DNA of 64,000 bases, from contig NZ_JAVHLD010000002.1 of NCBI RefSeq assembly GCF_031082295.1, forward strand, positions 40,976 through 104,975. The letters run 5' to 3'. Made by a program: the position numbers and the translations under genes. The DNA comes from Humidesulfovibrio sp. Lineage in GTDB: Bacteria; Desulfobacterota; Desulfovibrionia; Desulfovibrionales; Desulfovibrionaceae. Shown here in pieces: positions 40,774 through 51,076 of this stretch (position 1 is its first letter; each line of letters begins with the position of its first letter). The notes under the pieces are model-generated. The model did no database searches and was not told where the DNA came from. It saw only the letters and a list, made by a program, of their open reading frames with translations.

Positions 40774-40808
40774 CGCCTCCTGCTGTCCACCTGTCGCCTG
40801 GAGCCTGG

Positions 40809-42401
40809 ATGAACGACTATCGCCTCAAGACCGACGTACTGGTCATCGGCTCCGGCATCGCCGGGTCCATGGCCGCCCTCACCCTCGCCGAAACCGGCGC
40901 GGACGTGACCCTGCTCACCGCTGGCGAGGATCTTTTCTCCGGCAATACGCGCCTGGCCCAGGGGGGCGTGGTTTTTCATTCGCAGGACGACGACCCCGGC
41001 ATCCTTGAAAAGGACATCATGACCGCCGGATGGGGCCAAAACTACCTGCGGGCCGTGCGCTACCTCTGCCACAAGGGGCCGAAAGTCCTGCAGAAAACGC
41101 TCATCGACGCCTACCACGTGCCCTTTGAGCACCGCGATGCGGACGCCTGGTACTTCACCCGCGAGGGCGGCCACAGCGTGGCCCGCATCCTCTACGCAGC
41201 CGACCACACCGGCCTGACCATCATGCAGCAGCTGACCAAGGCCGTTGAGGAGTCTCCCAACATCCGCGTGCTGACGAAGCGCACCGCCATCGACCTTTTG
41301 ACCACGCACCACCACGCCACCCACCTGGACTTCAAGTACAGCCTGGCAAACCAGTGCGTCGGCGCATACGTCTTCAACGAGCAGCTCTCGCAGGTGGAGA
41401 TCGTGCTGGCCGACTTCACGGTTCTCGCCACCGGCGGGGCCGGACACATCTTCCTGCACACCACCAACTCGCGCGGCTCCATCGGCTCGGGGCTTTCCAT
41501 GGCCAATCGCGCCGGGGTAAAGCTGCACAACCTGGAATACGTCCAGTTCCACCCCACGGCCTTCTACCAGGGCACCAAGCGCTTCGAACGGCGTTTCCTC
41601 ATCTCCGAAGCCGTGCGCGGAGAAGGCGCGCGCCTTGTGAACAGCAAGGGCGAGGCCTTCATGCAACGCTATGACCAGCGCTCGGACCTTGCCCCCCGAG
41701 ATATCGTCACCCGCGCCATCATGGCCGAGATGCTCAGCACCGACGAGGATTGCGTCTACCTCGACACGACACGCGGGATGCACCGCGAGGTGACCGAACG
41801 CTTCCCGACCATCTACGGCAAGTGCCTGGAGCAGGGCATCGACATCCGCACAACCCCGATCCCCGTTGTACCGGCGGCGCATTATTTTTGCGGCGGCATC
41901 CTCGTCGACACGCGCGGGCGCACCACCCTTGAGCGCCTGTACTCCGCCGGGGAATGCACCTGCACCGGCGTGCACGGCGCAAATCGCCTCGCAAGCACGT
42001 CCCTGCTTGAAGGCCTGCTCTGGGGCTACAGCGCCGGACAGGACATCGCCAAGCGCCTCGGTTCCAAATGGCGCGTCACCAAGAAAATGGCTGGCGCCAT
42101 CCCCGACTGGCAGAACCCCGGCGACATCCACAACGAGGACCCGGCGCTCATCGCCCAGGACTGGGCCACCATCCGCAACACCATGTGGAACTACGTCGGC
42201 GTCATCCGCTCCACCGCCCGCCTGCGCCGCGCCTTCGAGGACCTGCGCAACCTGTCGAAGAACATGCACGACTTCTACAAGAAAACCCCCATCAGCAAGC
42301 CCATCATCGACCTCTTCCACGGCTGCCAGACAGCCTACGTGGTGACCCTTGCCGCCATGCGCAACACAAAGAGCCAGGGCTGCCACTACAGGGTGGACTA
42401 G
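40809..42401 (+). CDS. nadB: L-aspartate oxidase
   Basis: IGSGIAG FAD motif, T..AQGGV, EGGHS..RI, QFHPT, SEAVRGEG, APRDIV, PAAHY.CGG, HGANRLASTSLLE. Confidence 0.96.
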   Translation: MNDYRLKTDVLVIGSGIAGSMAALTLAETGADVTLLTAGEDLFSGNTRLAQGGVVFHSQDDDPGILEKDIMTAGWGQNYLRAVRYLCHKGPKVLQKTLIDAYHVPFEHRDADAWYFTREGGHSVARILYAADHTGLTIMQQLTKAVEESPNIRVLTKRTAIDLLTTHHHATHLDFKYSLANQCVGAYVFNEQLSQVEIVLADFTVLATGGAGHIFLHTTNSRGSIGSGLSMANRAGVKLHNLEYVQFHPTAFYQGTKRFERRFLISEAVRGEGARLVNSKGEAFMQRYDQRSDLAPRDIVTRAIMAEMLSTDEDCVYLDTTRGMHREVTERFPTIYGKCLEQGIDIRTTPIPVVPAAHYFCGGILVDTRGRTTLERLYSAGECTCTGVHGANRLASTSLLEGLLWGYSAGQDIAKRLGSKWRVTKKMAGAIPDWQNPGDIHNEDPALIAQDWATIRNTMWNYVGVIRSTARLRRAFEDLRNLSKNMHDFYKKTPISKPIIDLFHGCQTAYVVTLAAMRNTKSQGCHYRVD

Positions 42402-42453
42402 CTCAACGCTTTCCAATACAGTCTGGCGAATACCCCCCCAACGGAGGCCAGAC

Positions 42454-43581
42454 ATGCCCTTTGTCAGAATTCTTGCGTTATTTGCAGCGCTTACCCTTAT
42501 CGCCGGTTGTGGTGCCGTAACCCAACGCCCGGACCTCGACGAGGGCGCGGTGGCTGCGGAAGCCAACCGCATGTATGAAATGACGGCGGAACGCGAACAG
42601 AAGATGAGCAAAAGGGTTTTCGATCTCGCCACCCCCCTGCTCATCAACAATGCGGACCTGTGCGAAGACAACACCAGCTACATTATCTCCATGTCAGTCG
42701 CCAACGTTGAAAGCTATAGCGGACGTAGGCGCGAGGTCATGAGAACCTTGTACGAGCTGGACGAACGCTTGCGAGTGACGATAGTTGGCCGTGAAGGCCC
42801 CGCGCACATTGCAGGCATCCGCGCTGGCGATATCATCCTGGCCGTCAACGACATCGAAACGCCACGAGGGCTGGATGCGAAAGCGTATTTCAAGGTACAT
42901 ATGTCGCCGCTGGTGGAGTCAGGAAAGCCCATCAAATTCAGCCTACTGCGAAACACTGAAATAATCACTGCCTATGTTCAACCAGTCATGGCATGCGACT
43001 ACCCCGTGCATCTCGTGGCAAACGGCGAAATAAACGCCTATGCCACTGGCACGTCCATTTCAATCAACACAGGGCTTCTGAACGCCTTTGAAAGTGACAG
43101 CATCGTCGGAATGGTTGTTGGGCATGAGCTTGCACACAATATCATGGGGCACAGGGAAAAGAAGGAATTGGAGTACTGGAAGGACATCTTCGTCATGAAG
43201 GTCTTGAACAATTCCACCGGCACCAACGTCGGCACCGTCTACGCCAACTTCTCCTACCTGGACAGCAGCGTTGATCTCGAATTCGAAGCTGACTACGTGG
43301 GCCTGTACCTGACCGCGAGGGCAGGTCTTGAATACGAAGGAGCTCCCGCCTTTCTGCGCAGACTCGCGCTCGACTCGCCCCGGTCCATCAACCGCAGCAG
43401 CACCCACCCCAAACTGGCCGAGCGCTATGTCGCCCAAGAGGCGGCCATCGCCGAGATACGCAAGAAGACGGCGCTGGGCCATCCGCTGATCCCGGAGATG
43501 AAGCTCGAAAAGGCGGAGAAAAAGCCGACCATGAAGGACGGCTGGGCGCCGGTGGCCGTGGGCCTTGGGGCAGGTGACTAG
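42454..43581 (+). CDS. PDZ domain plus M48-family metallopeptidase lipoprotein
   Basis: Lipobox IAGC; PDZ (GPA..AGIRAGDIILAVN); INAYA, GHELAHN, EFEADY, THP; GGAGG RBS. Confidence 0.85.
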   Translation: MPFVRILALFAALTLIAGCGAVTQRPDLDEGAVAAEANRMYEMTAEREQKMSKRVFDLATPLLINNADLCEDNTSYIISMSVANVESYSGRRREVMRTLYELDERLRVTIVGREGPAHIAGIRAGDIILAVNDIETPRGLDAKAYFKVHMSPLVESGKPIKFSLLRNTEIITAYVQPVMACDYPVHLVANGEINAYATGTSISINTGLLNAFESDSIVGMVVGHELAHNIMGHREKKELEYWKDIFVMKVLNNSTGTNVGTVYANFSYLDSSVDLEFEADYVGLYLTARAGLEYEGAPAFLRRLALDSPRSINRSSTHPKLAERYVAQEAAIAEIRKKTALGHPLIPEMKLEKAEKKPTMKDGWAPVAVGLGAGD

Positions 43582-43645
43582 CCCTATCTGCCAGCCCACG
43601 CTTGGGTAAACGCCGCAAACCAATGATGCGCACGTTCCCCAACGC

Positions 43646-43681
43646 AAAAAGCCCGCCACGGAAATCCGCGGCGGGCTTTAT
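43646..43681. terminator. Intrinsic terminator (rpsT side; possibly bidirectional)
   Basis: AAAAAGCCCGCC.CGGA-aa-TCCG.GGCGGGCTTT hairpin with a U tract on the minus strand. Confidence 0.8.
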
Positions 43682-43701
43682 TGTCAGATAAGGGACTCTG
43701 T

Positions 43702-43974
43702 CTAGGCTTCGGCGGCCATCTTGTTGATGGCGGTCTGCAAGCGAGCGATGCAGCGGCCAGCCTTCTTCCAGTGGATGACTTTCTTGGAAGCGGCGCGGTC
43801 GAGCACGGAGCTGGCGGCCTTGAGCGCGGTAGCGGCAGACTCGGCGTTCTTCTCGGCCAGGGCCTGACGCACGGCCTTCACCACGTTCTTGATGCGGGTC
43901 TTGACGGCTTTGTTGCGCGCCTGACGCTTCAGGCTCTGACGGTGCCTCTTCAAGGCGGAAGGATGATTGGCCAA
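43702..43974 (-). CDS. rpsT: 30S ribosomal protein S20
   Basis: [26 protein letters not shown]; TTG start. Confidence 0.97.
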   Translation of the reverse strand: MANHPSALKRHRQSLKRQARNKAVKTRIKNVVKAVRQALAEKNAESAATALKAASSVLDRAASKKVIHWKKAGRCIARLQTAINKMAAEA

Positions 43975-44079
43975 GGCTCTTTCTCCTGATTCTTTGTGTT
44001 GTTCAGTCTCGACACTGAGTCGAGAGAGGGTCCTTAATCACAGCGCCATGCGCTTGTCAAGCGGTTTTTTGTGGCAGGC

Positions 44080-46164
44080 CTACACCTGCAGGGCACCGAA
44101 GTCCGCAAGACGCCCCAGCCGCTCTACCAGGGTGAAGAGAATGTTCAGGCGGTTCTGGCGCAAATCCGCGTCCTCGGCCATGACCATGACATTGTCGAAG
44201 AAGGCGTCCACGGCTGGCCGGAGCTCGCCCAGCATGGCGAAAAGTCCGGCGAAGTCGTCCGCAGCCCAGAGCTCCTCAAAGCGTCCGGCGCTGACGCTCA
44301 GACTCTCGGCCAGCACGCGCTCCTGGTCCATTTCCAGGCGCGCCACGTCTACATTGGCGGAGAGCGCGGCCCCGGCCTCCGCTCCCTGCTTGCGGATGAT
44401 GTTGGCGGCGCGCTTGAAGGTCAGCACAGCCTGCTCGAAGTCCGGCTGGCGACTGAAGGTGGTCAGCGCGTCGAAACGCATCTTCAGGGTGCGGATGTCA
44501 TCGAAGCCAGCGCCGAGGGCGGCGTCGGCCACGCGGCTGTCGGCCTCGCCGCTCGCAAAGAGCGCGCGCAGGCGCAAACCGAAGAATTCCAGCATTTTGG
44601 ACTTCGCCTCAGATGGAGGGAGCTTCCACTTCACGTTCTCGTACCCGGCTTGGGCCCAGCCAAGCAGTTCATCGAGCTTCAGGCGCAACCCGTGCTCCAT
44701 GACGATACGGCTGATGCCGAGCGCCGCGCGTCGCAGCGCATAGGGATCGGCGGCGCCAGTGGGGATCATGCCCAGGCCGAAGCACCCGGCCATGGTATCG
44801 GCCTTGTCGGCAATGGCGAGCAGCGCCCCGGCGAGGGTGGCGGGCACGGGAGAGTCCGGTCCTGCGGGCAGGTACTGCTCTGCGATGGCCTGGGCCGTCA
44901 GCTCGCTCTCGCCCTTCTTGCGGGCGTAGATGCCGCCCAGGACTCCCTGCAGGCTGTCGAACTCGTAGACCATCTCGCTCATGAGGTCGGCCTTGGCCAG
45001 GCGTCCGGCGCGGGACATGTCGGCCACGGGCAGGGCACAGGCCTCGGCCAGGCGGGCGCAGAGCTTCTCCAAACGGCGCGACTTGTCGCCCATGCTGCCC
45101 AGCGGACCAAGGAAGACCACGCTGTCGAGCTTGGCGAGCCACTTGTCCTGGCTGGCGGCAAGGTCAGCCTCCCAGAAGAAGCGGGCGTCTTCCAGGCGGG
45201 CCTTCAGCACGCGCTCCCAGCCCTTCTTGACCAGAGCCATGTCGAGAGGCTCGATGTTCAGCGTGGTCAAGAAATAGGGCAGCAGGTTGCCGTCAGCACC
45301 GCGGATGCCGAAGCTCTTCTGGTGGCTCTGCATGCTGGTCAGCAGCACCTGGGCGGGCAGTTCCAGGTAGAGGCGCGCGAACTCGCCCAGAATGGGCCTG
45401 GGGAACTCAACGAGGTTCGCCACCTCAAGCAGCAGGCCGTCGTCCCAGACCACGGTTCCGCCCAGGCTGGTAGCAAGGCGGTCACCCTCGGCGCGAACCA
45501 GTTCCAGGCGCTCACGGGCGTCGAGCACCACGTTGCACTTGTCGCGGATGATGTCGAAATAATCCGCCGCAGCGTCCACGGTCCACGGGCCGGGGCCGAG
45601 CACGCGGTGGCCGTGGGTGATGCGCCCGGAGGTCAGCCCGGCGATCTCGATGGGTACAACGTCGGCGTCGAGAAGTGCCAGCACCCAGCGCAACGGGCGG
45701 CCGAACAGGAAATCGAGGCTGCCCCACTTCATGCGCTTGGGGAAGGAGAGGCCCTTGAAAGCCGTGAGGCAGAGCGCGGGCAGAATGTCCTGGGTGCGCC
45801 CGCCGCCGACTTTTTTCTTGGCAGCCAGATACTCGCCCTTGGGCGTCTGCTGTATGAACAGATCGGCCTCGTCCACGCCCTGGGTCTTGGCGAAGCCCTC
45901 GCCGGCCTTGGTCAGCTTGCCGTCGGCATAGGCGATCTTCACCGGCGGCCCGGAGACGATCTCCTCCTCCAGGCGCTGTGAGGGTGCAAGGCCGGAGACG
46001 TGCGCCACGAGCCTGCGCGGGGTGGCGAAAGCGCGAACTCCGGCATGGTCGATGCGCGCCTCGGCAAGCAGGCGCTCGAACAATTCAACAAGTTCCTCGC
46101 CCAGGCGCGGCACAAACCGCGCGGGCATCTCCTCGGTTCCGATCTCAAGAATGAATTCAGACAT
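44080..46164 (-). CDS. glyS: Glycyl-tRNA synthetase beta subunit
   Basis: FILEIGTEEMP, ATPRRL, F.RP.RW, RLEDA.FF, LQG..G..YA, G.ADPYALRR. Confidence 0.97.
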   Translation of the reverse strand: MSEFILEIGTEEMPARFVPRLGEELVELFERLLAEARIDHAGVRAFATPRRLVAHVSGLAPSQRLEEEIVSGPPVKIAYADGKLTKAGEGFAKTQGVDEADLFIQQTPKGEYLAAKKKVGGGRTQDILPALCLTAFKGLSFPKRMKWGSLDFLFGRPLRWVLALLDADVVPIEIAGLTSGRITHGHRVLGPGPWTVDAAADYFDIIRDKCNVVLDARERLELVRAEGDRLATSLGGTVVWDDGLLLEVANLVEFPRPILGEFARLYLELPAQVLLTSMQSHQKSFGIRGADGNLLPYFLTTLNIEPLDMALVKKGWERVLKARLEDARFFWEADLAASQDKWLAKLDSVVFLGPLGSMGDKSRRLEKLCARLAEACALPVADMSRAGRLAKADLMSEMVYEFDSLQGVLGGIYARKKGESELTAQAIAEQYLPAGPDSPVPATLAGALLAIADKADTMAGCFGLGMIPTGAADPYALRRAALGISRIVMEHGLRLKLDELLGWAQAGYENVKWKLPPSEAKSKMLEFFGLRLRALFASGEADSRVADAALGAGFDDIRTLKMRFDALTTFSRQPDFEQAVLTFKRAANIIRKQGAEAGAALSANVDVARLEMDQERVLAESLSVSAGRFEELWAADDFAGLFAMLGELRPAVDAFFDNVMVMAEDADLRQNRLNILFTLVERLGRLADFGALQV

Positions 46165-46192
46165 ATTGTGGCGCTCCGGCTTGCTTGGCTGG

Positions 46193-47065
46193 CTATTTTT
46201 CGGCGAGCATGGGATGGCCCATGGCTTCGCGCTGGGCGGCGTACAGGGCGGCGATGGCCGAGGCCAAATTCCTTACCCGACCGATGTACCCCGTGCGTTC
46301 GGTGATGGAGATGGCCCCGCGCGCGTCCAGCAGGTTGAAGGTGTGCGAGCACTTGAGGCAGTAGTCATAGGCGGGCCAGGGCACTCCCGCGTCGATCAGG
46401 CGTTTGCACTCGCCTTCGAACTTGTTGAACATATCGAGCAGCATGGCGGCGTCTGAAAGCTCGAAGTTGTACTTCGACTGCTCAACCTCGTTCTGGTGAT
46501 ACACATGCCCGTAGGTCACCGTGTCGTTCCACTTGAGGTCGTACACGGATTCCTTTTCCTGCAGATACATGGAGATGCGCTCAAGGCCGTAGGTGATCTC
46601 CACGCTGGTGGGGAACAGGTCGATGCCGCCGACCTGCTGGAAGTAGGTGAACTGCGTCACCTCCATGCCGTTGAGCCAGACTTCCCAGCCCAGGCCCCAC
46701 GCGCCCAGGGTGGGCGACTCCCAGTCGTCCTCCACGAAGCGGATGTCGTGGGCCGCAGGGTCCACGCCCAGCGCGCGCAGGCTCTCAAGATAGAGTTCCT
46801 GCACGTTGTCCGGCGAGGGCTTCAGAATGACCTGGAACTGGTAGTAGTGTTGCAGGCGGTTGGGATTCTCGCCGTAGCGGCCGTCGGTCGGGCGGCGAGA
46901 AGGCTCGACGTAGCAGACGTTCCACGGTTCCGGCCCGATGACGCGGAAAAAAGTGGAGGGGTTGAAGGTTCCAGCCCCGCACTCGATGTCGAAGGGCTGG
47001 ACCAGCACGCAGCCCCGGTCCGTCCAGAAGCGCTGCAAGGTTTGGATAACGTCTTGAAAGTGCAT
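46193..47065 (-). CDS. glyQ: Glycyl-tRNA synthetase alpha subunit
   Basis: [53 protein letters not shown]. Confidence 0.98.
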   Translation of the reverse strand: MHFQDVIQTLQRFWTDRGCVLVQPFDIECGAGTFNPSTFFRVIGPEPWNVCYVEPSRRPTDGRYGENPNRLQHYYQFQVILKPSPDNVQELYLESLRALGVDPAAHDIRFVEDDWESPTLGAWGLGWEVWLNGMEVTQFTYFQQVGGIDLFPTSVEITYGLERISMYLQEKESVYDLKWNDTVTYGHVYHQNEVEQSKYNFELSDAAMLLDMFNKFEGECKRLIDAGVPWPAYDYCLKCSHTFNLLDARGAISITERTGYIGRVRNLASAIAALYAAQREAMGHPMLAEK

Positions 47066-47082
47066 TTATCTCTCCAGAGAAA

Positions 47083-47877
47083 CTAGATTTTACGATACAT
47101 TCCATTTTCCCAGCGAAGACCCAAGTGATAGGCGACGAAGCGATCCACCACGCGGCCGAGCTGGCGGCGCATCTCCGGCGCAAGGGTCAACCTCGGCCAG
47201 TCCGCGGGCCTGCTCTCGCCGATCCATTCCAGGGTGCGCACGGCTCCGATGGAGAAGGGCTCATCCTGTGCGTCAAAGCTCAAATCGCAGCAACTGGTGC
47301 AGACCACGCCGCCGCGCTCCACAGAAAATCCGAGATTCGAGCTCGCGCAGGCATATTGCGTCGGCTCATGGTCGGCACCCGCATGATCCCAGGCCGGACG
47401 CCCGCACCGCACACACAAGGTCAAGTCCGGCTTCAGCCCCTGCTCAAAGGTCAGTTTGGCCTTGAACAAGAGCGGCAAAAGCTCCGCGCCGACCTCGCTC
47501 TTCTCCAGGGTGCCCAGGGTCTCAAGCAAAAGGTCGAAAACCGCCTGCGCGCCCTGGGAACCGACCTGTACCGCCTCGACGAACTTGAGGCAATGAGCCA
47601 CCAGCCCCAGTTTTCGCGGATCGGAGCGCAAGCCAGGAAACGCGTGCAGCAGCGTGCCTTCCTCAAGAACCTTGTAGGTGCCGCGCCGGTTGCTGCCCAC
47701 CCGGAACGTTCCGAGCACCAGCTGGTCAAGGCAGCCGCAAAAACGCCTTGTGCTTCGGCTGCCCCCAAAGGCGAAGGCCGTGACCATGCCACGGCCCGCG
47801 AAAAAGAGTCGGAGCCAGATGTCCGCCTCCCGAAACCGGCCCACCTTGAGCACAAGGGCCTTTTCGGTGAACTCCAC
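47083..47877 (-). CDS. recO: DNA repair protein RecO
   Basis: FREAD.W...F....G.V.AFA.GG..S.RRF OB fold; C..C/C..C Zn finger; position upstream of glyQ. Confidence 0.88.
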   Translation of the reverse strand: MEFTEKALVLKVGRFREADIWLRLFFAGRGMVTAFAFGGSRSTRRFCGCLDQLVLGTFRVGSNRRGTYKVLEEGTLLHAFPGLRSDPRKLGLVAHCLKFVEAVQVGSQGAQAVFDLLLETLGTLEKSEVGAELLPLLFKAKLTFEQGLKPDLTLCVRCGRPAWDHAGADHEPTQYACASSNLGFSVERGGVVCTSCCDLSFDAQDEPFSIGAVRTLEWIGESRPADWPRLTLAPEMRRQLGRVVDRFVAYHLGLRWENGMYRKI

Positions 47878-47898
47878 GTCCGCTCCCCAGGCGGCGGG

Positions 47899-48948
47899 TT
47901 AGCGCGCGCCGAACTCCACGGTTTCGATGCTGCCGCGTTTGCCCTCGTACGGGTAGTCCTTGTCGTTCAGGCGGAAGCTCACGCCCCCGGCGTTGCCCAG
48001 GCGAACGCTCAGACGGCGGGAAAACTCCACCTGACGGGTTTCCCCATTGCGCAGGGTGAAACTCTTGGCCTGCTGTCCGTCGTTGACCTGAATCCAGCAG
48101 ACCTCGTCGGCCTTGGCCGTGATGGTCAACTGCTGCATGCCCGGCGTACGCATTTCGACCACCGGCGCACTGCGCGACACCTCGATGGAAGCGGTCGGAA
48201 CGTTGACAGAAGTCGGGGCAGGGGCAACAGGGGCGGCAGGAGTCGCGCTGGCCGAGGGTTCTGGCGCAGCAGGCGTTGCTGCAGTCTCCGCGCTGGACGT
48301 GTCGGGCAGCGAAGCATTCGCCGAGGCGTTATCCAGGGCGATGGATGCATTGTCGGGGATGGTCGCATTGATGGCCGCTGCTGGCGGCTCAGGCGGAGCC
48401 TGGGGCGTTTCCACCTGCATGCGCTGGTACTGCACGAGCAGACCGATCAAGACGCCGATCAGCAGTATGAGCACAGCGATGGAGCGCAAGGTCCCAGCCT
48501 TGTTCGGCTTGGGCGGGGTCAGCGGCTCGGGAGTAAAGCGCTGCCTGGCCTCCGGCTCCGGCGCGACGCTCGGCCTTGAGGGGACCTGCTCCGTCATGGT
48601 CACCGCAGGTTTTGCATTTTCAATTGAACCGGGAGAGACGCTCGTTGAAGACGAGGCTCCCGTTGCCGGGGGAGCAATCGGGGCCTGGGGCAGATACGTC
48701 GACAGCTCGGAATCGAACTGCTGGTCTACCACCTGTGCCAGGGCGTCGGCATCAAGGCCGACCATCTTGGCGATATTGCGCACGTAGCCTTTGAGGTACA
48801 CGGGGTGCGGCAAGGACTTGACCTGTCCCTCTTCAAGAGCCGTCAGGTTGCGGCGGCTTATCTTCGTCGCCTCCATCACATCACGGATGGTTATTCCGCA
48901 CCTTTCGCGCTCCCTGCGAAGGAGTTCTCCAACTTCCAATAAATTCAT
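47899..48948 (-). CDS. RodZ-like HTH membrane protein (HTH_25, TM, DUF4115)
   Basis: GELLRRERE....I.DV...TKI....L.ALEEG....LP..VY.KGYVR; one TM; C-terminal CWIQV.DG...LGNAGGV. Confidence 0.85.
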   Translation of the reverse strand: MNLLEVGELLRRERERCGITIRDVMEATKISRRNLTALEEGQVKSLPHPVYLKGYVRNIAKMVGLDADALAQVVDQQFDSELSTYLPQAPIAPPATGASSSTSVSPGSIENAKPAVTMTEQVPSRPSVAPEPEARQRFTPEPLTPPKPNKAGTLRSIAVLILLIGVLIGLLVQYQRMQVETPQAPPEPPAAAINATIPDNASIALDNASANASLPDTSSAETAATPAAPEPSASATPAAPVAPAPTSVNVPTASIEVSRSAPVVEMRTPGMQQLTITAKADEVCWIQVNDGQQAKSFTLRNGETRQVEFSRRLSVRLGNAGGVSFRLNDKDYPYEGKRGSIETVEFGAR

Positions 48949-48978
48949 GGCATTGCCCCGCATATACGCCGAACTGGG

Positions 48979-49956
48979 CTACAAGTTCCTATATTCGATG
49001 ACGGCTTTTCCCCGCAGCCTCTCCATATATTCCTTGAATACTTTCTCGAATTTGCCCTCGTGAAGGGAATTGTAAATCTGCTCGCGCACTGCATCCAGAG
49101 GAAGCTCCTCGCCTTCGTTCACCTTGACGACCTGCAGCAGCCCGTCGAAGTCTTGAATGCGCACAGGCGCCGCAATCTGCCCAGGCTTGAGCCCCCTAAG
49201 CGCCTCACTCCATTCCGGCGCCATGTCCTTCCAGGCAATGAAGCCGATATCGCCCCCCTGCTTGGCCCCGGGACCAGTCGAATACTTTTCCGCAGCTTCG
49301 GCAAAGGTCATCTTTCCAGCCTCTATGTCAGCCTTCAGGTTCTGCGCGTTCATCGATGCCGGCAGCAGGATCAACGCAAGCTGAACGGAACTGTCCTGGG
49401 AAAACTCAGACTTGCGCGCGTTGTACTCCTGCTCCACTTCGGTATCGGTGACCACGACCTTTGAAGTGACAACACCGCCGATAAGCCTGTGCTTGATCAG
49501 GTCACGACGCATATTCTTGTAGAATTCCTCAAGGCTCATATGCTGCTTATCGAGCTGCTTCTTGAAGTCCTCTTCACTGAGTTTGCGTTTTTCGCGAAAC
49601 TGCTTGGTCTGTTCAACCACTTCAGCGTCTGTGATTTTAAGCTTGTAGCGCTCGGCATCATCCTGAATAAGCAGGTCGTCTATCATGCGATCCAAAGACT
49701 GGCGGCGCAATGACTGAACCTGGCGCTGTTCCTCGGGTGAAAGCACTCGGCCGCGAATCTGCTCATAGACCGGGCGCATTTGCCCTTCAAGGTCGTAGCG
49801 GGTGATGATCTTGCCGTTGACGGTGGCCACGATGCCATCCACAACGGTATCCTCGGCCTGAGCGACGCCGACAAAAGCCATCAGCAGCAAAATGGCCGAC
49901 GCAAAAGCAAACAGACCGGACTCAAAGCGGTTCTTGGGGGACCGGGGTGCGAACAT
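48979..49956 (-). CDS. SurA-like periplasmic chaperone/PPIase
   Basis: VDGIVATVNG.IIT, L..MIDDLLI.Q.A, parvulin F.EAA.KYS.GP.A..GGD.G; GAGGAG RBS. Confidence 0.9.
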   Translation of the reverse strand: MFAPRSPKNRFESGLFAFASAILLLMAFVGVAQAEDTVVDGIVATVNGKIITRYDLEGQMRPVYEQIRGRVLSPEEQRQVQSLRRQSLDRMIDDLLIQDDAERYKLKITDAEVVEQTKQFREKRKLSEEDFKKQLDKQHMSLEEFYKNMRRDLIKHRLIGGVVTSKVVVTDTEVEQEYNARKSEFSQDSSVQLALILLPASMNAQNLKADIEAGKMTFAEAAEKYSTGPGAKQGGDIGFIAWKDMAPEWSEALRGLKPGQIAAPVRIQDFDGLLQVVKVNEGEELPLDAVREQIYNSLHEGKFEKVFKEYMERLRGKAVIEYRNL

Positions 49957-50029
49957 ATCACTCCTCAAAACAGTATCATGCAGAATGAAAGCATCCGTCA
50001 CAACGGCGGAGTCACTTCAACCAGGGACC

Positions 50030-51076
50030 CTACCCGGTCTCGTTGCCGCTGGCAACGCCCGGCTGTCCCCCTTGCTGCCCTCCGCTTTGATCGGCGGGCT
50101 GGGCTTCTGCTGGAGGCGCCTCTGGCGGGAGGTCCTCGTCCTCACTCTTGTGCAAAAGGCGCTGGCTGACGAGGACTGTCGAGGCGTCCAAGGCCTTGAT
50201 CAGCCAGGCGTCGAATGCTTGCTGGAGCCGTTCCTCAACCAGGGCGGCTTCAACCTGCGAATAGGCCTGCGCAATGTCCAGGGTCTCGGCAGGGAGACGC
50301 TCAAGCAACAATAGCCCCTCGAACACGCCACGTCCCCCGGCGACCACAGCAGTCTTCCCGGGTTGAATGCTCTGCAGCGCCTCGGTCCAGGCCGGGCTCA
50401 GTACATCCTTGGCGACAGTGACTTCGCGCGCCTGTATGCCGGCAAAAGCCTCGCTCACAGCCTTGATGTCCTTCTGTTGCAGATAGCGCGACAGGGCCTT
50501 TTCCACAGTATCCCGCCCAGGGCCATAGACGACTACCAGCCGCACCCGTTCCGGCAGTCGGAAGGCGGCGATGTGCGCATTGTAGTAGGCTTCGATCTCG
50601 CGGTAGTCGAGGTGGATTTGGGGCCGAAGCACCAGCCGCTGGAACTTCTCAGCACCGCAGGCGTAGCGCAGATGCTTGCGCCACATGGGCAAGTCGATGA
50701 ACTCCTCGGCCAGCATCTTGTCAAAGGCGTCGTCAGGATAATCGGCCCGAACCTTGGCCTCAGCCTCGGCCAGTTCGGCGTCGCTGACCTCCTGGCCGCG
50801 TTTCTCTAGCTCCTGGCTCACCAGCTCAAGCGCGATGAGCCCGCCAAGAATCTTGCCGTACGCCTCGCGGAGCGCGCCGACTGTGGGCAGAGAGCCGGAG
50901 AATGCGTCAAAATGAAGCAGGTCATACTGATATTCAAGCATCTCAAGAGGGATGGGGCGGCCATTGACCTTGGCCACAACTCCCACATCATCCTGGGACT
51001 TGCCGCTGCAGCCGGCCATGAGCGCAGTGAGCAGCATCAGAAGCAGCGCGGCATGCGCGCCGAGGAATTTTCGCAT
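50030..51076 (-). CDS. SurA-N/PpiC-type peptidylprolyl isomerase-like lipoprotein
   Basis: Lipobox MAGC; VAKVNG.PI; degenerate parvulin region; TGATG overlap with the mfd stop. Confidence 0.75.
   Translation of the reverse strand: MRKFLGAHAALLLMLLTALMAGCSGKSQDDVGVVAKVNGRPIPLEMLEYQYDLLHFDAFSGSLPTVGALREAYGKILGGLIALELVSQELEKRGQEVSDAELAEAEAKVRADYPDDAFDKMLAEEFIDLPMWRKHLRYACGAEKFQRLVLRPQIHLDYREIEAYYNAHIAAFRLPERVRLVVVYGPGRDTVEKALSRYLQQKDIKAVSEAFAGIQAREVTVAKDVLSPAWTEALQSIQPGKTAVVAGGRGVFEGLLLLERLPAETLDIAQAYSQVEAALVEERLQQAFDAWLIKALDASTVLVSQRLLHKSEDEDLPPEAPPAEAQPADQSGGQQGGQPGVASGNETG

Noticed and set aside
36960-42401. PNP as a dedicated NAD-salvage partner of nadCAB
   Set aside because: Separated by the flgO-like gene and a candidate promoter; nothing in the sequence points to nicotinamide riboside specificity
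48979-49956. Lower GC in the surA-like gene as evidence of horizontal transfer
   Set aside because: The gene sits inside a coherent housekeeping run (mfd-ppi-surA-rodZ-recO-glyQS); more likely local codon usage
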